Of a DNA stretch of 47,914 nt, positions 37,033 to 46,483 are shown piece by piece; position 1 is the first letter of the stretch; every line of letters begins with the position of its first letter. Position numbers and translations under genes: made by a program. The DNA comes from Candidatus Doudnabacteria bacterium (GTDB lineage: Bacteria; Patescibacteriota; Doudnabacteria; UBA920; O2-02-FULL-48-8), in assembly GCA_023246005.1 (NCBI GenBank), contig JAHFJG010000009.1, forward strand, positions 1-47,914, given 5' to 3'. The notes under the pieces were generated by a model. It was not told the DNA's origin, ran no database searches, and saw only the letters and a program-made list of their open reading frames with translations.

Positions 37033-37344
37033 TTATATTCTGTCAAGCTCTTTTATTTTACTGATTGCCTTTTCTATTTCTCTCTTCGGTGTTTGCTGGG
37101 ATTTCTTGACAAATCCGCTCAACAGATAAATTTGATTTCGATAAAAACAATAAAAAATCCTGACTTCTTGCCGGCCGCTAATTCTTAATTCAAATAGCCG
37201 ATCCAAAATCTTTTTAGAATGCGGCGTCCTTAATCTATAGCCAAATTCTTCTAAAAGCTCAAGCGTCCTAGCGACCTTAGCCCTAGTCCCTGCCTCAAGA
37301 CTCAAAATGAAAACTTCAACTTCCCTACCAATATTTATTTGCAT
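37033..37344 (-). CDS. RelE/HigB (Gp49-like) toxin
   Basis: PHSKK...LFELR...RIFY...LLSGFVKKSQQTP. Confidence 0.88.
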   Translation of the reverse strand: MQINIGREVEVFILSLEAGTRAKVARTLELLEEFGYRLRTPHSKKILDRLFELRISGRQEVRIFYCFYRNQIYLLSGFVKKSQQTPKREIEKAISKIKELDRI

Positions 37345-37356
37345 GACTTTGTTGCT

Positions 37357-37448
37357 AAATACAAAAACGGCTTATTAAAAACTCGTCAAACGAGTCTTAT
37401 AGCCGCTCTTGGAGATATTATGCTCCCGCTCTAATTATTTTGTCAAAT
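37357..37448 (-). repeat. Promoter-plus-hairpin repeat, copy 2 (longer hairpin loop)
   Basis: TTGACA...CATAAT...GCGGCT...AGCCGTTTTTGTATTTA. Confidence 0.6.
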
Positions 37449-37747
37449 TACACAAATTCAATTTTAAGATTTCGCTTATAAGCCTTGGCGAATTTTTCCA
37501 AAGTTTGAACAGTCACGTTTTCATTGCCGGCCTCAATTCGCGCGATATTGCTTTGCGAAGTGCCCAATTTTTTGGCAACTTGGGCTTGGGATAGCTTGGA
37601 CTTTTTCCTCATTTGCAAAAGCGCATAAGCAATTTCGAATTGGCGACCAAACTCGTCATAATATTTCTTAAAAGTTGGATCTTTCAGTTGCTCGTCCAGA
37701 TATGGTTGGAAGTCTACTAAATTTGGATGATTTTTATCGTCGTTCAT
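37448..37747 (-). CDS. HTH-XRE antitoxin (HigA-like)
   Basis: LSQAQVAKKLGTSQSNIARIEAG. Confidence 0.88.
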   Translation of the reverse strand: MNDDKNHPNLVDFQPYLDEQLKDPTFKKYYDEFGRQFEIAYALLQMRKKSKLSQAQVAKKLGTSQSNIARIEAGNENVTVQTLEKFAKAYKRNLKIEFV

Positions 37748-37751
37748 ATGA

Positions 37752-38117
37752 TTACTTACGATTTAATATTTTGATTAGATTATTTTCGGCTTTAATAATT
37801 TCTGATTCTGGGATTGCTGGGGTATTTTTGAGAAAAGCGTGCAATAAGACAATATTTCTATTGATAAAAGTAAAATAAAAAATCCTGTGGCGATTGCGAG
37901 CAAAATCAACTCTCAGCTCCCTTAACTTTCCTCGAATATGCTTAGTATATGGTTCATCTAAAACGCCGTTATGCTGTCTTAAAACTTCAATATACTTTGC
38001 GACTTTAACTCGATCTTTCTCTGAAATCTGATCCAAATATTCCTGGACAGGAATTCGACCCGTCAAAATATCTTTATAAAATACTATCTTATACTCTTCA
38101 TTTTCATTATATATCAT
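37752..38117 (-). CDS. RelE/HigB (Gp49-like) toxin
   Basis: PYTKHIRGKLRELR...RIFYF...LLHAFLKNT. Confidence 0.88.
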   Translation of the reverse strand: MIYNENEEYKIVFYKDILTGRIPVQEYLDQISEKDRVKVAKYIEVLRQHNGVLDEPYTKHIRGKLRELRVDFARNRHRIFYFTFINRNIVLLHAFLKNTPAIPESEIIKAENNLIKILNRK

Positions 38118-38134
38118 ATATGATATGGTGTCAA

Positions 38135-38180
38135 TCCCTCACCTTTTGTTTTGAGGATTCTTAAGGAAAAAGGTGAGGGA
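38135..38180. repeat. Short inverted-repeat element related to family A
   Basis: TCCCTCACCTTTT...AAAAGGTGAGGGA; flanks TCAA/TAAA. Confidence 0.55.
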
Positions 38181-38250
38181 TAAATACAAAAACGGCTCTT
38201 GTGAAGCCGCCTTCGGAATTATCCTAAACCCAAGCTATAAATTTGTCAAC
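38181..38250 (-). repeat. Promoter-plus-hairpin repeat, copy 3
   Basis: TTGACA-17-TAGGAT...GGCGGCTTCACAAGAGCCGTTTTTG. Confidence 0.75.
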
Positions 38251-38315
38251 TTTTGTTTAGAAATTAGATCAATTAGGTAATTAGAAATTTTCTCGCTCCC
38301 GCTAAAATTATTTTG

Positions 38316-38822
38316 TCAAACTGAAATTTCTGATTCTTCTATTAATTTTATGGCAAGCTCGGCTGATTCTATAGTTTTTGGAATAGTATTTCTTGGATGC
38401 ATCATTTGATAATGTTCTCCGCTCCCGTCCCAAGCTCCACCAAGATCAATTTGATCAATGGCACCTTGCAGATAATCTCTTGCTTGAATTAAGGCTTTAT
38501 GAAAAGATCCGATACCGCGGAGATTCTCGATGCCGCTCAGATCATGAGTAGACAAAAAATCTTCAATTCTTTTTATTGCCACTTCAGCATTTTGGCGGAG
38601 CTGACTCAACTCACCTTCTGCTTTAGGATTATAAGGTTCAACTCTATCCTCGCCAGCCTTTCTCGCCAAAGCATTCCAAGTAGCTTCGTCACCAGTATTA
38701 CCTGTTCTTTCATTTAAACTTCGTTTGGCATCGGGAATTATCTTTGATCTCATAGCTTGCTCTGCTCTGGCGGCAGTCCAAGCTTTATCAACATCTGGAA
38801 TTCGTGTTTCTTCTTCGTTCAT
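38316..38822 (-). CDS. Hypothetical protein
   Basis: 168-aa ORF, co-oriented with neighbours. Confidence 0.65.
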   Translation of the reverse strand: MNEEETRIPDVDKAWTAARAEQAMRSKIIPDAKRSLNERTGNTGDEATWNALARKAGEDRVEPYNPKAEGELSQLRQNAEVAIKRIEDFLSTHDLSGIENLRGIGSFHKALIQARDYLQGAIDQIDLGGAWDGSGEHYQMMHPRNTIPKTIESAELAIKLIEESEISV

Positions 38823-38875
38823 AAATTAATCATACTCTCCCTTTTGCGCTTCGTCAAAGTCCTGCGCGTCTTTAC

Positions 38876-39409
38876 TCAAATCCGGATATTTTTTAATATT
38901 TGGTTGGCGATATTTTTTGCCGATTGCTCATGGGACCAAAAAGTCTTCTCTGGCTGATACTTATTTTTCTTCCACATTCTAATATTTCGTAAAAGTCGGC
39001 TGGGTGCGATCGGCGTTCGTATCAGGGCTGATGGCTTTCGATTTTTTATCCTTCCCAACAAAACTTCTTTTGGCGCATCTAACTGGTAAAAATAAAATCT
39101 GACTTTGTATTTTTTTGCCAAAGCAGCAAAGTCAGATGGCGCAACAAAAGGCGAGCCTTTCTGTTTCCAAAATCCTTGCGTGACAATCAAATCGATACCT
39201 TGTTTAAGATACTCTTCATACATCTTAAATAAGACGGCATTTGTAATTGCATTATCCTTTTTACTGCGTTTGAAATCGGAGATAAACCATTTAATTCTAT
39301 CCATACTTAACAAAGCGGTGCGCTTTAGTTTTTTATGTACCAAATCGCCCACTGTACTTTTGCCTGATCCCATCGGACCGTCAAGGATTAAAATAAAATT
39401 CTTACTCAT
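38876..39409 (-). CDS. P-loop nucleotide-kinase-like (AAA) protein
   Basis: ILILDGPMGSGKST; start set at MSKNF, overlapping the ftsK stop. Confidence 0.8.
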   Translation of the reverse strand: MSKNFILILDGPMGSGKSTVGDLVHKKLKRTALLSMDRIKWFISDFKRSKKDNAITNAVLFKMYEEYLKQGIDLIVTQGFWKQKGSPFVAPSDFAALAKKYKVRFYFYQLDAPKEVLLGRIKNRKPSALIRTPIAPSRLLRNIRMWKKNKYQPEKTFWSHEQSAKNIANQILKNIRI

Positions 39410-41594
39410 ACTCTCCCTTTTGGGCTTTTTCAAATTCTTCTTCTTCACTCGTTTCTGATTTTTCCGCAGCGCCATAAACTTCCCGCGGCTTAGCACCTTC
39501 GCCAGGACCAATTATTCCTTTGTCTTCCATAATGTCCAAAAGTCTGGCTGCGCGGGCGTATCCTACTCGCAAGCGGCGTTGCAAAAGTGAGGCTGAAGCT
39601 TTGCCTGCATTTCGCACAATCTCAATAGCTTCTTTCACTAATATATCATCTTCGTCGTCTGAATTTTCAAACCCAGGAACATTCACTCCGCGCTGCGGTT
39701 TTTCTACAATCTGTTCATCATAAATCACGGAGCCTGATTGCTGTTTAATAAAATCAACCACGCGCTTGATTTCTTTCTCTCCGACAAATGTGCCTTGAAC
39801 GCGCTTGGGCTTAGTTAGTTCAGCTGTAACATACAACATATCGCCCATGCCCAGGAGTTTTTCAGCTCCGGCTGAATCGAGAATTGTGCGCGAATCAACT
39901 TGGCTGGCTACGGCGAATGCCATTCTGGCCGTGATATTGGCTTTAATCAAACCTGTAATAACATCCACTGATGGCCGCTGGGTAGCCACAACCAAATGAA
40001 TACCTACTGCCCGGGCCATTTGCGCCAAACGGACGATTGCTGCTTCAACATCATTTTGCGCCACGCTCATTAGGTCCGCCAGCTCGTCCACGACAACGAC
40101 CAAATATGGCAACCTCATTAAAGCGGCATTATTATATTCGCCAATGTTGCGTTTGTGCACTTCAGACAAAAGTTTGTATCGCCGATCCATTTCCGCCACA
40201 GCCCATTTGAGCGCATTCACCGCTTTTTGATGATCAATAATCACACCAGTCATCAAATGCGGCAAGCCATTATACAAATTTAGTTCCACGCGTTTCGGAT
40301 CAATAATAATAAATTTTAATTCCGAAGGAGCGGCCCGATACAGAAGACTGATTAATACAGAATTAATTGCCACTGATTTGCCAGTGCCTGTAGCGCCTGC
40401 GATCAGCAAATGCGGCATGCGGGATAAATCCGCAATCATGGGATGTCCGGCTACATCACGGCCCAAGGCAAACGCCAATTTTGATGGCTGCTCCATAAAA
40501 TTGTTGTGTCCTAGAATTTCTTTAATCCGCACGATCGCAGTTGACTTGTTCGGAATTTCAATCCCGACCAAAGCCTTGCCCGGGATTGGCAGTTCCATAC
40601 GCAAGGAGCTGGCAGCTAAGCTTAGGGCCAAATCGTTTTGCAATGATGCAATTTGAGAAAGCTTAACCCCAACCGCAGGCCGGAAAGTATATTGCGTAAC
40701 AGTCGGCCCGACATTGACTTCACCCATCTCAACTTCTATGCCAAAGTCATTCAATGTTTTTTGAATAATTGCAACGTTAGCCTCGATGTTGCCTGAATCA
40801 ACTTTGGTTTTAGAATCATCCAACAGATCCAATGGCGGGAACTTCCAGTTTTTTTCAGCCGGAGAAACCATTTTGGTTTTTTTGGCCGGAGTCAAATCGT
40901 CCATATCATTGATGAAAACTTCTGGCTTGTCTTTGGCCACAACTTTGTTTGGTTCTCCCACTGTTTCTTTCGTAAAGCCAGCATTAGCTGCGTTATTGAT
41001 CTTGAGCTTGCCAGGCCTGTTTACTGTTTCCTGATTACTGTTTACTGATCTTCTGAACAAATCAGAAAAAGAAATATTGAATGTGACTAAAAATGAAATA
41101 ATAATGCCTGCCAATAGCACCACTAAACTTGCGACAAAGCCCATCAAATGCATTAAAGGATAAGAAGCCAAAACTCCCAAATATCCCCCACCTCGCCCAT
41201 CTTTGACTAATTGAAATGCTTGGTTAACATCGCTTCGTAAAACCCACAGATGCAGAAGGCCTGTCAAAGTTAAGATCAAAAGTACGGCGCCAACATAAGC
41301 ATGGGTTGAAACCGTGGACGCTTCTTCTTCGGGTTTTTGGCGAAACAAAGCAATGGCCACAAATAAAAAAATCAAGGGCACTAAATAAACGACCCAGCCA
41401 AACGCTAATTTTAAGACTTCATTGGCCACTGCGCCAAATGGCCCGGCTAATCCAATGAGGCTTAAGGTAAATAAAATTGCTAAAACAACAAAAAACACCA
41501 TAGCCACGGTTTTTCTGGTGTCGCGTTTAAGATTCAACTGCGGGCGCTTGAATTGTGGGTAATCGTATTCGTCTTGATTTTTCTTTCGAGCCAT
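39402..41594 (-). CDS. ftsK: DNA translocase FtsK/SpoIIIE
   Basis: N-terminal TM segments, PHLLIAGATGTGKS, DELADLM, ATQRPS, gamma domain (LQRRLRVGYARAAR). Confidence 0.97.
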   Translation of the reverse strand: MARKKNQDEYDYPQFKRPQLNLKRDTRKTVAMVFFVVLAILFTLSLIGLAGPFGAVANEVLKLAFGWVVYLVPLIFLFVAIALFRQKPEEEASTVSTHAYVGAVLLILTLTGLLHLWVLRSDVNQAFQLVKDGRGGGYLGVLASYPLMHLMGFVASLVVLLAGIIISFLVTFNISFSDLFRRSVNSNQETVNRPGKLKINNAANAGFTKETVGEPNKVVAKDKPEVFINDMDDLTPAKKTKMVSPAEKNWKFPPLDLLDDSKTKVDSGNIEANVAIIQKTLNDFGIEVEMGEVNVGPTVTQYTFRPAVGVKLSQIASLQNDLALSLAASSLRMELPIPGKALVGIEIPNKSTAIVRIKEILGHNNFMEQPSKLAFALGRDVAGHPMIADLSRMPHLLIAGATGTGKSVAINSVLISLLYRAAPSELKFIIIDPKRVELNLYNGLPHLMTGVIIDHQKAVNALKWAVAEMDRRYKLLSEVHKRNIGEYNNAALMRLPYLVVVVDELADLMSVAQNDVEAAIVRLAQMARAVGIHLVVATQRPSVDVITGLIKANITARMAFAVASQVDSRTILDSAGAEKLLGMGDMLYVTAELTKPKRVQGTFVGEKEIKRVVDFIKQQSGSVIYDEQIVEKPQRGVNVPGFENSDDEDDILVKEAIEIVRNAGKASASLLQRRLRVGYARAARLLDIMEDKGIIGPGEGAKPREVYGAAEKSETSEEEEFEKAQKGEYE

Positions 41595-41749
41595 GTTATC
41601 AGTGATCAGTTAACAGATATCAGATAACAAGCCTGTTAACTGTTCGCTGTTATCTATTTTATGACTTTTGCTTGTTTATTTTAGCACAAAAACGCTCAAA
41701 ACCAAAAGGCAAAAATATGATATAATTTATGCAATTAAGGAGGATCCCT

Positions 41750-41983
41750 ATGACTCGCAGACGAATCATGGTTCTCGTCGTACTTCTGGTCGTGTTGGTT
41801 CTGCTTGCCATCCCTACCGTCAATAGCTACCCTGCGGCCAGAAGCGGCCTGCTCGTAGCACTAGCTCTCTTCTTCGTCGACGCGATCGGCGACTGGATGG
41901 AATATCAGGACCTGACTGATCATCAGATCCCGTTCTGGTTTTTCCTGATCCACAAGTACTGGCAATACCAACCAGTCGGTTGA
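41750..41983 (+). CDS. Small two-TM hypothetical protein
   Basis: AGGAGG RBS before ATG 41750; two hydrophobic stretches; GC-richer than its neighbours. Confidence 0.6.
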   Translation: MTRRRIMVLVVLLVVLVLLAIPTVNSYPAARSGLLVALALFFVDAIGDWMEYQDLTDHQIPFWFFLIHKYWQYQPVG

Positions 41984-42078
41984 CGGCGGCAATCCGCGAC
42001 TTCTGCCTCAACCAGACCTCGCGGCTTTTTTTATTTCAACGAAGTTGAAATAACTCCGACCGCAGCGTCGGAGTATCT

Positions 42079-42204
42079 TTGTCATCCCGAGCGAGCTTAT
42101 AAGGTTAAGCCAAAGCCGCGAGTCGAGGGATCCCTCTTCCAAGCTTTAGGAGGGATTCCTCCACTCCCACTCTCGAAAACCAATGAGGTCGGTCGGAATG
42201 ACAA
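42079..42204. repeat. REP-like inverted repeat (GTCATCCCGAGCG...TCGGAATGAC)
   Basis: TTGTCATCCCGA / TCGGAATGACAA termini with internal GAGGGATC / GATTCCTC. Confidence 0.7.
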
Positions 42205-42333
42205 GAGGTTAGACCTTCTAGCGATGCAATGATGATATTATACATTTTCCGCGCGGCCGCGTGGTTTTGAATACTATCTTATTTTGGGATTTGTACTTGA
42301 TATTTATTTAGAAATTAGAGCAACTAGAAATTT

Positions 42334-43332
42334 TTACTTGATCCGCCACGCCTCTCCATCCTTCACTAGTTTACCTTTGATTTTAAACCCCGAGGCCAGT
42401 TTGTGTCCGCCACCGCCGAATGATTTGGCGATTTTCGACACATCAACTTTTTTTTGCGGCTCGCTGCGCAAACTGCCTTTCACCACTTCCCCGTCCTGGC
42501 GCAGAAGCAGAGCAAATTTGGCTTGCGGCATATTGTTAAGCAACTCGACAAATCCGTCAAGATCAGCGTCAGTGGCACCAATTTCTTTTAAATCTTCTTC
42601 AGTTAGAATCGAGAACACCATTTTCTTATCAGGATCAAACCGGGCGTTTTCCAAACCCTTGGCCCAAGCTTTAATAGCCTGGGGTCGTTTCTTGCCCATG
42701 GTCTGAAGCGCGATCTTGTCAATCCTGGCGCCTTTTTTTAAAAGTTCGGACGCGACCTTAAATGCGGCGGCTGAAGTATTGGCATGCTTGAATCCACCGG
42801 TGTCAGTAAAGATTCCGGTTAGCAGACAAGTGGCGATATCCTTAGTGATCTCGGCATCAGCAAAAGTTAAAAAATAATAAACCAATTCAGCCACAGCAGA
42901 GGTCTCGGCGTCCACGATATTGACTGTGCCAAAATTCGTGTTGTCCGGATGATGGTCAAAATTAATTATTGGCACTTTCAAGTTTTGCAGCCGTCCGCCA
43001 AAGTCGCCCGCCTGCCCGGCCGGCAGGGATCCGCCTCCGGCGGAAAATCCTGTTCGCTCGAGTTTGTTGCAACCAAAAAAAATCGCCAAATCAAAATCAA
43101 GTTCTGGAATTGTTTGCAGAACGCTTTCTGAACCAGGCAAAAAGCTTAGATTATCCGGAACAACGCCTTTAATTACCGATGTTGGATCTTTTTTTAATTG
43201 CTTCAAAAAGGACTGCATGGCTAAAACCGAACCCAAATCATCACCGTCCGGTCCTTCGTGCATGGTTAAAAATATTTTTCGGGAAGAATTGATGAGCTCT
43301 AATGTTTTTTTGAATTGTAATCTATTCTTCAT
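42334..43332 (-). CDS. nrnA: DHH-family oligoribonuclease / pAp phosphatase
   Basis: HEGPDGD, DHH, TDTGGF, GGGGHKLASG; downstream of rbfA; carries an in-frame palindromic insertion. Confidence 0.92.
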   Translation of the reverse strand: MKNRLQFKKTLELINSSRKIFLTMHEGPDGDDLGSVLAMQSFLKQLKKDPTSVIKGVVPDNLSFLPGSESVLQTIPELDFDLAIFFGCNKLERTGFSAGGGSLPAGQAGDFGGRLQNLKVPIINFDHHPDNTNFGTVNIVDAETSAVAELVYYFLTFADAEITKDIATCLLTGIFTDTGGFKHANTSAAAFKVASELLKKGARIDKIALQTMGKKRPQAIKAWAKGLENARFDPDKKMVFSILTEEDLKEIGATDADLDGFVELLNNMPQAKFALLLRQDGEVVKGSLRSEPQKKVDVSKIAKSFGGGGHKLASGFKIKGKLVKDGEAWRIK

Positions 43333-43654
43333 AAGTCTTACGAAGCAGTTCACTAATATGCGAGGCGTATTCTTCACCGTGGTCAATCATAAATTTGACT
43401 CTTGGCACAAACTTCATAACCAACTTGCGGTTAAGCGAGCCTTGTAAATCAAAGAGGGTTTTTTGTAATTCAGCCAAAACCTCTTTCTGTCTGTCATCTT
43501 CGCCCATAACCGTGATCCAGACTTTGCACCATTTTAAATCCGGCGTGACTTCGACTTTGCTAATCGTGGTCAAGCTCGGCAGTTCCATTTGATTTATATA
43601 GTCTCCAACTTCCTCATGCAACAAAGCGGCAACTTTTTCTGTCCTACGACTCAT
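43322..43654 (-). CDS. rbfA: Ribosome-binding factor A
   Basis: TISKVEVTPDLK...KFVPRVKFMID; follows infB. Confidence 0.93.
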   Translation of the reverse strand: MSRRTEKVAALLHEEVGDYINQMELPSLTTISKVEVTPDLKWCKVWITVMGEDDRQKEVLAELQKTLFDLQGSLNRKLVMKFVPRVKFMIDHGEEYASHISELLRKTYEE

Positions 43655-43657
43655 AAA

Positions 43658-45580
43658 CTATAAACTTCTGTTCCTAACCGTTTCTTCAAACACGACCAGC
43701 ACATCTCCTTCCTCAACCTTATTTGAAACCTTGACGCTTGATCCAAATTCAGTCCCGCGCAAAACTTCCTTGGCTTTGACTTTGTTCTGTTGTAATTCCA
43801 AAACTTGTCCTTTCCCCACTATTTCTTCCCCGCGTTTAATTTCAAACTGGGCATTATCCTTAATCTTTCCTTCAGCCACAATGCCGCCAATAATCATCCG
43901 GTCTTTTTCTGTGCGGAACACTCCTAAAATTTTTACTCGTCCCAAATCCGTCCTAAGAACTTCTGGCGTCAGCATCTCCACCACTTGGCGGGTTAGATCT
44001 TCAATTAACTCATAAATAATGTCATACATTTGAACTGTGACATTCTTGGCTTGGGCCAGTTTAGTCGCTTGAACGCTCATGCGCGTATGAAATCCGACAA
44101 TGACAGCATTCGCACCTGCAGCACGCAAGACATCATTCTCATTAATCTCACCCGCTTCTTCTGTTAAAATATTTAATTTCACCTCGGTATTCTTAAGCTT
44201 GGCCAAAGCTTCATTGATAGCCTCAAGGCTTCCGAGCACGTCAACTTTGATAATCAAATTTAAATCTTTACCATACAAATTCAAAGATTTTTTCACTGCC
44301 ATTTTCTTAGCTCGCTCAGACTTGACTATGGCTGAAGCATAAGCCTTGGCCTCATCCAAAGTCACATAAGTTTTCAGCACATCGCCAGCGCTAGGCACAT
44401 CAGATAAACCTGTGATCTGAACCGCCATAGACGGCTCAGCAGATTTAACTTTGGCTCCCCTGGCATCAGTCATGGATCGGACTTTGCCAAATGCTCTGCC
44501 AACTGCGACAAAGTCTGACAAATTTAATGTTCCATTTTGAACTAAAATAGTGGCCACAAAACCCAAGGTTCTTGAGACATGCGATTCAATTACAGTCCCT
44601 AAAGTTGTTCCATTAGCATTAGCTTTTAAATCCAAGACTTCTGACTGAAGCAAAATCAAATCTAACAGCTCATCCACCCCCTGGCCTGAAAGTCCGGAAA
44701 TTTTCGCCACAGGCACAGTTCCGCCCCACTCTTCTACTGTCACACCATAGTCGGCTAATTCTTTTTTTACCCGCTCAATGTTGGCGTCTGGCTTATCAAC
44801 TTTGTTTATGGCCACAATCAGTGGCGTGCCAGTCAACTTTGCCCGATTAATTACTTCAATTGTTTGTGGCTTGACCCCATCATCAGCCGCGACCACCAAA
44901 ACAATAATATCAGTGATATTCGCCCCCCGAGCCCGCATAGCAGCAAACGCTTCGTGGCCAGGAGTGTCCAAGAAAGTAATCAACTTGCCATTACGGCTGA
45001 CTTGATACGCGCCGATATGCTGGGTAATCCGGCCGGCTTCCGTGTCCACGATTTTAGTCGAGCGGATAGTATCAAGGAGTGTGGTTTTGCCGTGGTCCAC
45101 ATGTCCCATAATCGCCACAATTGGCGGCCGGATCAGATGTTCATCTGGTTTGGCTGTTTGTTCTTTCTTAACTTCATCCGCTACATAACCCAAACCTAGT
45201 CTGGTGGTAGATTCTTGAGTTTCTGAAACATTAAATCCTAAGTCAGCTGCGACAATTGCGGCGGTATCATAATCAATTTCTTCATTGATCGTGGCCATGA
45301 CCCCGTTTTGGATAAGCTTCTTAATCACAGTAGTCACATCCAAACCAAGTTTGACAGCTAATTCTTTCACGCTTAAAACTTTAGGCAAAATGACTTCTTT
45401 TGGCTGATCAGTCTTAACAGCAGTTTGGACTTTTTGACTTAAGGAATTTAAAATCTGTTTGGCTAATTGATTGTCAATCTTATTGGCGCGCGGCGAGACA
45501 TGAAAACCCACGGCCGCAATCTTTGCCCGCAGTTGAGTAGTTGGAATATTTAATTGCTTGCTGAGTGTTGAAATATCCAT
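43658..45580 (-). CDS. infB: Translation initiation factor IF-2
   Basis: [32 protein letters not shown]. Confidence 0.98.
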   Translation of the reverse strand: MDISTLSKQLNIPTTQLRAKIAAVGFHVSPRANKIDNQLAKQILNSLSQKVQTAVKTDQPKEVILPKVLSVKELAVKLGLDVTTVIKKLIQNGVMATINEEIDYDTAAIVAADLGFNVSETQESTTRLGLGYVADEVKKEQTAKPDEHLIRPPIVAIMGHVDHGKTTLLDTIRSTKIVDTEAGRITQHIGAYQVSRNGKLITFLDTPGHEAFAAMRARGANITDIIVLVVAADDGVKPQTIEVINRAKLTGTPLIVAINKVDKPDANIERVKKELADYGVTVEEWGGTVPVAKISGLSGQGVDELLDLILLQSEVLDLKANANGTTLGTVIESHVSRTLGFVATILVQNGTLNLSDFVAVGRAFGKVRSMTDARGAKVKSAEPSMAVQITGLSDVPSAGDVLKTYVTLDEAKAYASAIVKSERAKKMAVKKSLNLYGKDLNLIIKVDVLGSLEAINEALAKLKNTEVKLNILTEEAGEINENDVLRAAGANAVIVGFHTRMSVQATKLAQAKNVTVQMYDIIYELIEDLTRQVVEMLTPEVLRTDLGRVKILGVFRTEKDRMIIGGIVAEGKIKDNAQFEIKRGEEIVGKGQVLELQQNKVKAKEVLRGTEFGSSVKVSNKVEEGDVLVVFEETVRNRSL

Positions 45581-45718
45581 GGATTACAAATTATTATGCG
45601 GTAATTTGCCAAAAAAATCAAGTGCTCATAATTCCTCGCAGCTCACCAAGAAATATTTTATGCTTGATTATTAGCTTGTACTTTCTATTAAGTCCAGGAG
45701 ACTTACTTTTTTGTTAAC

Positions 45719-45747
45719 AAAAATCCCGCAACTTTGCGGGATTTTTG
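45719..45747. terminator. Bidirectional-type intrinsic terminator
   Basis: AAAAATCCCGCAActTTGCGGGATTTTT. Confidence 0.7.
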
Positions 45748-45766
45748 CTTCTTAGATAAATTGTTA

Positions 45767-46240
45767 TTAAACTCTCGCGCCGACTCTGATTTTCTTGGCT
45801 TTGGCTTTCGCAGCCTTAGGCAAAATCACGGTTAGTATGCCGTCTTTCAAATCAGCGCCCACGTTATCGATATCAACATCAACTGGCAAAACTACTGAAC
45901 GGGAGAAACTGCCCCAATAACATTCCTGATAAAAATAATCTTCACTCGAAGCGTCGAAATCTCGCTTGCGCTCACCGCGGATGGTGACCATGTCATTAGC
46001 AATCGTGACATCGATATCTTCCGGCTTAACCCCGGCAATTGTCGATTTAATGATGACATTATCCTTGGTCTGAAACATATCAATCGTTAACTGGCCTTCG
46101 TATTCTGACAGCCAATCTTCCTGTGAACTAGCCGGAGCAGTTGATGTGCCTTCTAATTCATTTGTTTCTTCCGTATCTTGGTCCTCCGTCATGGTTTGTG
46201 TTCCCATAAGTTTGTTGATCAAATTCTTATCTTTTGGCAT
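45767..46240 (-). CDS. Hsp20/alpha-crystallin small heat-shock protein
   Basis: GVKPEDIDV...TIRGER...GSFSRSVVLP...DGILTVILPK. Confidence 0.93.
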   Translation of the reverse strand: MPKDKNLINKLMGTQTMTEDQDTEETNELEGTSTAPASSQEDWLSEYEGQLTIDMFQTKDNVIIKSTIAGVKPEDIDVTIANDMVTIRGERKRDFDASSEDYFYQECYWGSFSRSVVLPVDVDIDNVGADLKDGILTVILPKAAKAKAKKIRVGARV

Positions 46241-46294
46241 AAATTCTATTTAATCGTGTAGTTAGATATTAGTTTATCAGGTTTATGTTGTCAA

Positions 46295-46434
46295 CCCAGT
46301 AATACAACTTCGATGCTTTTGCCTTAAATGGCTACTAATTACCAAAAAAAATAAAAGATTAGCTTAAATCTATTAGTAATATTTTATTTTTTTGCAAAAG
46401 CAATTAAGCCATTTATCGAAGTTGATATACTGGG
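46295..46434. mobile_element. MITE-like element, family B, with 4-bp target duplication
   Basis: CCCAGTAATACAACTTCGAT...ATCGAAGTTGATATACTGGG flanked by TCAA on both sides; inverted relative to the copy at 17862. Confidence 0.88.
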
Positions 46435-46483
46435 TCAAATGACCACGCAGTGGTCAGCCCGGACTCGAGTCCGGGATCCACTT

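Noticed and set aside
35081-38250. Possible CRISPR array or integron attC sites
   Set aside because: The repeats are separated by whole genes, there are no cas genes or integrase, and I could not find the RYYYAAC/GTTRRRY attC ends.
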